A stretch of 64,000 bases of DNA from Chrysomallon squamiferum (Eukaryota > Animalia > Mollusca): the NCBI GenBank assembly GCA_012295275.1, contig CM022665.1:36704001-36768000 (forward strand), given 5' to 3'. Made by a program: the position numbers and the translations under genes. Below the pieces are notes generated by a model that was given only the letters and a program-made list of their open reading frames with translations, was not told the origin of the DNA and made no database searches. Every line of letters begins with the position of its first letter. Position 1 is the first letter of the stretch. Positions 56,597-64,000 of this stretch are shown here, piece after piece.

Positions 56597-57906
56597 ATTC
56601 TTGTGTCTGTTAGATTTACTAATATACATATTAACTCACAATACAGAACAAATCGTCTTTTCAGCTTCCCGATAAATTGCTGGATGTTTAGTTACCTAAG
56701 TATTATTTTTCAATTATAAATAATCGAAAATTAGTTAACAGTTATTCGTAATTTTATTTAATCAATACATTTTTATTTATTTAATTTTTTTATTTATTAT
56801 TATACACTATTTTAATTGTTTTTACGTTATTTATTTATTTATTCATTAATTTCTTGGCTTGTTTGTTTGTTTTTATATATTTAATTATTTTCTTATTTGT
56901 TGGTTTATTTGTTTATATATATTATCGTTCCTTCGTTCATTTAGTTTTCTTTCTTTAAGCATTATTTATATATCACTTTATTTACTTTATTTATTTAAAA
57001 CATTTTTTATTTGTTTGTTTCGTTTCCTTGTAATGCATTATTATTAGTAGTATTATTAGTATTATTATTATTATTATTAATATTCTCTTATTTTTATAAT
57101 AACTGCTTATTTATTTCATTCCCATATTTATTCATTAAACCGTTTATTTATATATTTACTTAACGAATGAATTAGTTACCTAATATATATATATTACATG
57201 CGCATTTGTAATTTTAATATTTATCGAAAAGTTTTCATTTCAGTTTTATAACATATCACTATCGTTCTACTAAATCAACCAAAAATTTGAAGAAAAAAAA
57301 AATATATATATATATATATATTCTTTCATTCTATTAATTTTTCTTTCGCTCAGTCCGAATCTTGTTTCGATTTGCTCAGAAATGATTCAACATTTCTGCA
57401 TTGGCCGCCTTCATCGATAAAGCTCGTTCTGTATCGGATATACGATCACTAAACATGGACTGGTATAATATTTTAACAGTGATTTAGAGCGACGTGAAAT
57501 GCAGGCGTGAACAAGAAGTATTAAATACAACTCAGTATGTTATACAAGACAGTGCAATAAACTAATTCAGTCTAATGTAAAATGTAATATATTTACTTCG
57601 GCGGTTTCGGCTCACGCCACTTTCTGCGTGCAACAGAAACGTCATCTTTTCGGGTTTCACGATATGTATGATGTCACAACACGTAGATAAAAACAAATTA
57701 TTTACAATGATTTATGATTTCGTACGTTGAAGACTGAAACTGTAAACTCGGTACAGCTGCTTCATCGGGTATTTTTAAAATATAATAAAAACAAATGACT
57801 TTTTATAAAAAAAATAATAATAATAATAAAATAAAAAAGCGACTCTCAACTCGTATTATATATCTCTGAAAATCAGCCAAAAAATATATATATATAATAA
57901 TAATAA

Positions 57907-57945
<39 letters not shown>

Positions 57946-59553
57946 ATGAAAAAAAAAAAAAAAAAAAAAAAAATTTATAAAGGCTTACTCAACAATTCGC
58001 ATTTTGTTTCCCGAAAATCAACAAAAGTGGGAAAAAAAAAAAATAAATAAATAAAATAAATTAAAAAAAAAAAAAAAAAAGATGAAGAAGAAAAAAGATG
58101 TAAAATAAAATAAAATGTATTCGCATTGTATACCTCTGAAAGTGATCTGAAATTCAAGTAAAATTTTAATTTTAATTTTAAAAAAAAAGAGGAAGAGAAG
58201 AGAATTTTATCTCCATTCTTTCTGAAAATCAACTAAAGGTAAAAAAAAATATTATTTTTTATAACATTTTTTAAAGAAAAAAAACAAAGAAGACGATACA
58301 AAATTACAAACTGTATTTACACTCCCAAAATCAACCACAGTAAAATACAAAAATGTTCAAAGCTTAGATCGTAAATGATTTTTTTTTTTACTTAGTTTTT
58401 TTAATTATTATTTTTAAAAATTAAAAAAAAAATAATAATAATAATAAATAAATACATTTTTTTTTTTAATTTCCTTTAAAACTCATAAGCAAATGACTAA
58501 AAAAAAATAACAAGCCACTTTTTACTCGTGTTTTTAATTCTGAAAATGAACTAAAACTAAAACTGTAAAAACTGTCACATAAAAATGACTAAATCAAAAA
58601 AAAAGAAAATCACTTTGTGAAAAGTACAGAAATACTGAGACAGTCTCGATGTACTAAACAAATGATACAGTAAATAAAATTGATTACTCGTGTTTTCAAA
58701 TACATTATTCAAAAACACTCAGCCAATTTAACTTTTTTAATATGAAAATGTATAAGCTGTTACATGGTGTTTTTTTGTTATTCAGTGTTCTAACAATAAA
58801 CTGAACCACGATCATGATAGAAAAGAGCAAAACAAAAAAAATTTAGGAAAAGAAAACTACACTTAATATACTTGATAATTTAAATAAAAAAATTAATAAA
58901 TTGGAATATGTCTAATTACACGATAATTTATTGCAAGAATTTCATTTACATGTAATTAACAAAATGTTATTAATAATATTTCAGACGTTCATAATTAGCT
59001 TTCACTTGGAAAGGTATCGTATTAAATTAAATAATGGATCGATATTTTACAGTATATTGAAGAGTATATTATTATAATTAATTATAATTAGAATATTGAT
59101 TCCTTATAAAATTTGTATTGTAATCCCCAGTTTAAATTTATCAGTGATAATTAATTAATTTTTAAATCATATTCTAATTCATTTCGGTTTTTTTCGGTTG
59201 TTATTTTTCTTAAAGTTATTCGATGACGAAATACTTGCCTATTTTATTCCGTTAGGAAATACTGCCTCTTTACTTCAAAAAAATAAAAAATAAATAAATA
59301 AAAACTAACTAAAAAACTCGTACATTTTATTTAATAAAGAATAAAATACTTCTATCGTTAAAACAATCCTTTCCTAGTTCATTTGTTTATTAAGTGCCTG
59401 TCACGTAAACATTCTGTCCAACAAGTTACTTTATAATACTACCAAACAATATCTAAATGTTATATGTTGTAGTCTCATTTCAAAACTTTACTCTTTCTTA
59501 CATATACATACACACATAAGTATATCTATACACATAAGCATACGTATAAATAA

Positions 59554-59662
59554 CGGTTTTGATCGAATAAGACATTTTACATCTTTTTTCTAGAGGTTTT
59601 GTCTTTTTTCTCTTTTTCATGCATGAATATATGTTTGCATATGTATTATTCGATCAAAATCG
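59554..59662. repeat. Inverted repeat, 22-bp arms with a 65-nt spacer
   Basis: cggttttgatcgaataagacat (59554-59575) vs atgtattattcgatcaaaatcg (59641-59662), 2 mismatches. Confidence 0.75.
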
Positions 59663-59737
59663 CTGATTGTTTAATATAATACATAATATACACACATACA
59701 TACATACTTATATACATGCATACATTCATACATACAT

Positions 59738-59772
<35 letters not shown>

Positions 59773-62403
59773 TATAAATACACACACACACACACACACA
59801 CACACTCATACATATATATACATACATACAGACATTTATCGTATTTATTTTAAATTTACATTTTATATTAATAGCTTTTTTATTTTACTTTAAATTTATG
59901 TTTTATAAATTTTATTTCCGAAGTCTGTTTTTACACTGCAATTACCAGTCTTTATTTCGGCGATTATAGTTATTCTTAAATAAACGAGGCTGCAAATGTC
60001 AGGGTTATAACAACATATGCAACATTGATTAAATATAAATTAAATATTAAAAACTATTGAGTAGAGGACCGGAATTAAAAACAAACCTTGGAAAACAACA
60101 TATGCGCGTTTAGGAAAATGAGAGAAAACACTAGCTGTATTAGATAGGCAAAAAGTATTTTTTAAATGAGAAAGGAAAAAAAGGAAACTTAATTTTTTCA
60201 AGAATATATTTTTTAAGTCCTTTTTTTTAATTTTTTTTTTTTTTTTTTTTTTTTTGTTTTGTTTTGTATTCTATTTTTCGTTTGTTCTTTTTGAAGTAAG
60301 ATGGCATTTTTTAGAATTTCTTTGAATTCTTTCGGGGAGGAAGGGTTTGTATGGTCATTTTACTTATTTAAATATTTTAAACGTTGATGTTTGTGGTTGT
60401 AGTAGTAGTAGTAGTTGTTGTTGTAGTAGTAGTGGTAGTAATAGTAGAACTTGTTAATTTTCTTGTTACTGTTGTATTACTGCTATTATTATAATAATAT
60501 TCATCATCTTAAATTATTATTATTATTGTTGTTGTTGTTGTTGTTGTTGTTGTTTCTATTGTTATTAATAAACTGCTCAAATGTACACGCACTTATATAT
60601 ACTTGAATAATTTACAGTACGCGCACATACATTTCACCGGAAAATATTTATGCAGTCATAAAGAAATGATTATTTGAATAATATTCAAATTAGTTTTCAT
60701 TTTTCTATGATAAATGAAAAACGTAAACAATTTGTGCCAGTTTACAAGTTAGCACTCATCAACCAAATATGCGTACTAAGAAATATGAGTCTGAACAGTT
60801 TGTTTTGCCTCTATGTATGTATGTCATATATATATATATATAGACATACACACATATAGATATAAAGATATACATATACAAATACATATAACTGATCACT
60901 TTTAGAAAATATATCTTGTAATTGCAACTTCATCTCTTGACAGAAAATATATTTTACTGTTACAAGTACCTAGCTGGTGATGAATTATTTCATTTACATG
61001 TAATTGAGAATGAATTTAATCTCGAGTAATTTTTAAAGTAATATATTACATAATTTCTGCAGAAGAATGCATTTAAGTACAAAAAAATAAATATAACAGA
61101 TGATATGTCGAATCATTTTGTTATCTGAAAAAAAAACATGTAAATTACATAAATAATGTTAATTGTATAAGGAAGTTTAGTAATTTTTGGAATAATTAAA
61201 AATATAAATTAATTTCTGTTTATTAATTAGTTTGAAATGAATGAGAGGGTCGGGGAGATGGAGTCACGGAGGGAGAAAGATAGAAAAAAGTGAGAAAAAA
61301 AGGACGAGAAAGAGAAAGTGAGACGGAAAAGGAGAGAGAGAGACAGATACATAGATATATAGAGAGAAATGAAGACAGAGAGAGACAGACAAGGAGACAG
61401 AGTGACAGAGAGAGAGAGTGAAACAGTTAATTAAATGGAGTGTGTCTTCTCTGAACAAATATTTAACCAGTAATTAAAATAAAGAAACTGAAAATATGTA
61501 GTAAGGTAATAAGTTTTCTGAAATTCGTTTAATAACTTTATTTTTTATTTATTTTTTTATTTTTTTATCTATTATTATTTATTATAATTATTTCTATATA
61601 CTGTCCTTTTTAGTTATTTTTTTTTTTTTTTTTTTTTTTTTTGTTGTTTGTTGTTTGTTTTATTTTTTACTGGCTGTTTTGGTTATTTTTGTTTATATTT
61701 AGTTTTTATTATTATATTCGGTCTGATATTTATTTATTTATTTATTTATTTATTTATTAGCCTTTTCTTATGATTTTCATCACTGATATTACTATTACTA
61801 CTACTACTATACTACTATTGTAGGGGACATTAACGAATAACGATGTTTAAGTATATCAACATAATAATATTTCATAACACATTCTTAAACCCCTAAAATG
61901 AAATATGTTGTTAAGCGTTATAAGCATAACGCGTTAATGAAAACTTTACCTTATCCGACAATAATGTATTTCTTTTATTTATATAATATCGTATTTATAC
62001 AGAGTCATACATCCAATTTAAAATATAATATAACAGTACAAATGCCATTCTTAACAAGAATCATAAGAGATGATTAAAACTATGTAAATACAAATGAACA
62101 TCCATGAAAACGTATTACTTCATATTTCGAATTATATTAAAAAAAAGTATTTGTGTTATTATCAGCAATAAAAAAATTATTTATTTAATAAAATCTATAA
62201 AAAGTATTATCAGTTATATCTATTACTAGCTATAAAAATGTATAATATTATTTATAGACAGAATGTCTAAGGAATGTCTTTAATACTAATGTCTTTTTTA
62301 ATATTACCTATTAAAAGACTATCTAAGCATCAGATTTAATGTGGATATAAATATTAAATAAACATAATGTTTATTTAATCACTAACTTTAAAAGTAACTA
62401 TTA

Positions 62404-62453
<50 letters not shown>

Positions 62454-62893
62454 AAAAGACTATAATATTAACAACAAAATACTACTATCTAGAGTATAAT
62501 GTTTATTCATTACTTTAAAGGAGTGTCTCTTTGTATCTATGAAAGTAATTGTCTACTTACTTGTAAAATTGTTATTATTCTATTTTGAACGGATGTACGT
62601 GATTACTGTTATGTAGTTAATGTTACGTTATATCTTAATACAGACTTGTATTTGTCGGTCAATTAACAAAAATTAAAAAATTCAGTTGTAATAGGTTTTT
62701 TTTCGTAGAGATAAACTTTTCAGGCGCTTTATACACACAAATTAAACTTTATCTAGATTTAAAAACTGTTTTATTCAAACTATTATTTCAAACTAAATTT
62801 TTTAATATGTATTTCCTGATATTTCCAACAAACAAAAAAAATGGGTGTAAAAGTGTTTTCTTATTTACTTGTGTATTTGAGGGTTGGTATCAT

Positions 62894-62936
<43 letters not shown>

Positions 62937-63059
62937 TTTGTTTGTTTGTTTGTTTTGTTTGTTTGTATGGTTGTCTGATTATTTGTGTATTTATTTATTT
63001 ATTTTATCACACACTTGTAATTAACAACCCATAATTATTCCAAAATAAAAAAATTTTTC

Positions 63060-64000
63060 ATTTTCTCCTTATATATCGTCAGTTATATCTTTCCCTAAAA
63101 CATCATCAAACTTAACATTTCCTTGAAAATATCATTAAAATCTTTTTTATAAAATATGCTAAAACCTTTCTCATTACTAAATATTACATGATTGTTTTTT
63201 GATAAATATTCTTAAAATTTCATCACATTTATATAATTTTTTCTAAACATCATCAAACCTAATTTTTTTCTCTTTTTTTCTAGAATATCATCAGATATCT
63301 GTTTTTTTCTGTAAAGAATAATCAAACATTTTCCCATAGAATATATTTATATATGTAATTCATAATTCGTTAATATCTTCTTTCCTATAGTATTTTGTAA
63401 TAATAACTTTGGTTACAAATGCCACCAAATTTAACTGAAAATATATCCAAAATTATTTCTTCGTTACTTGACTTATTTAACGATTTCTTAAAATATTGGC
63501 ATAGCTTTTAATTCGTAATTTTATTAAATTAATAAATCCTATTTCCTGAAATATATTCAGATTAAACTTTTTCAAAAAAGATATCACTAGAGAAGACTCC
63601 TCAAAATATCAGAAAATCTAAAAAAAAAAATTTTAAAAAAAATTAAATAATCTTCACACATACCTCTGTTTTACCTAAAGTAATAATAAAAAAATAAAAA
63701 AAACACAAATATTTTAATTTCTTAGAATTTCATTAACTGTTTTATTCTCTTTTTTCTATTATATCATCAGAAGTAACTTGGGTTTTTTCTATGATAATAC
63801 TGAAACTTTCTCTTTTACTAAAATGCTATCAGACCTAGCCATACTTTACCTAAAATAACTATTAGACTTAATAATAATAATAATAAAAATAATTATCAAA
63901 CCTAATTCTACTAATTAATCAAGAAACTTTATTTCCTCCAGACGTAACTTTATTTTCTTTATGCAGTATTATTCAAACCTATTCTAATTTTCTTAATTAA
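63060..64000. repeat. Degenerate ~28-30-bp minisatellite
   Basis: Recurrent AAA(C/T)ATCATCA(A/G)AC(C/T)TAA...TTTTC(C/T) units. Confidence 0.55.

Overview
Very AT-rich (visually roughly 25-30% GC), microsatellite-saturated eukaryotic DNA, most likely intronic/intergenic sequence of a marine invertebrate. A gastropod mollusc is suggested by degenerate SINE fragments; this is an inference from memory of the family, not a database result. There are no prokaryotic-style genes, rRNA/tRNA genes, CRISPR arrays or intact transposon ORFs. Nearly all ORFs in the supplied track are artefacts of simple repeats, including the 345-aa His/Thr/Pro/Tyr ORF inside a (TGGTR)n satellite. The informative sequence lies in about 20 CpG-rich islands of 150-400 bp. 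Some have canonical splice signals. The best coding candidate is a two-exon, phase-compatible, Cys-rich small protein (35288-35452 + 42019-42164, +). Weaker candidates are a phase-0 exon chain (4371-4493, 6829-6903, 13834-), an exon at 342-478, and minus-strand exons at 50.8-57.4 kb. Other islands look like enhancers or promoters (Pbx-Hox, CTCF, IR2, KLF/CCAAT motifs). Also present: four SINE remnants, a dispersed ~400-bp repeat pair, a near-identical ~260-bp direct duplication, a 42-bp-arm hairpin and many old degenerate minisatellites. No gene family could be named with confidence, and I did not find a clearly demonstrable new biological system.
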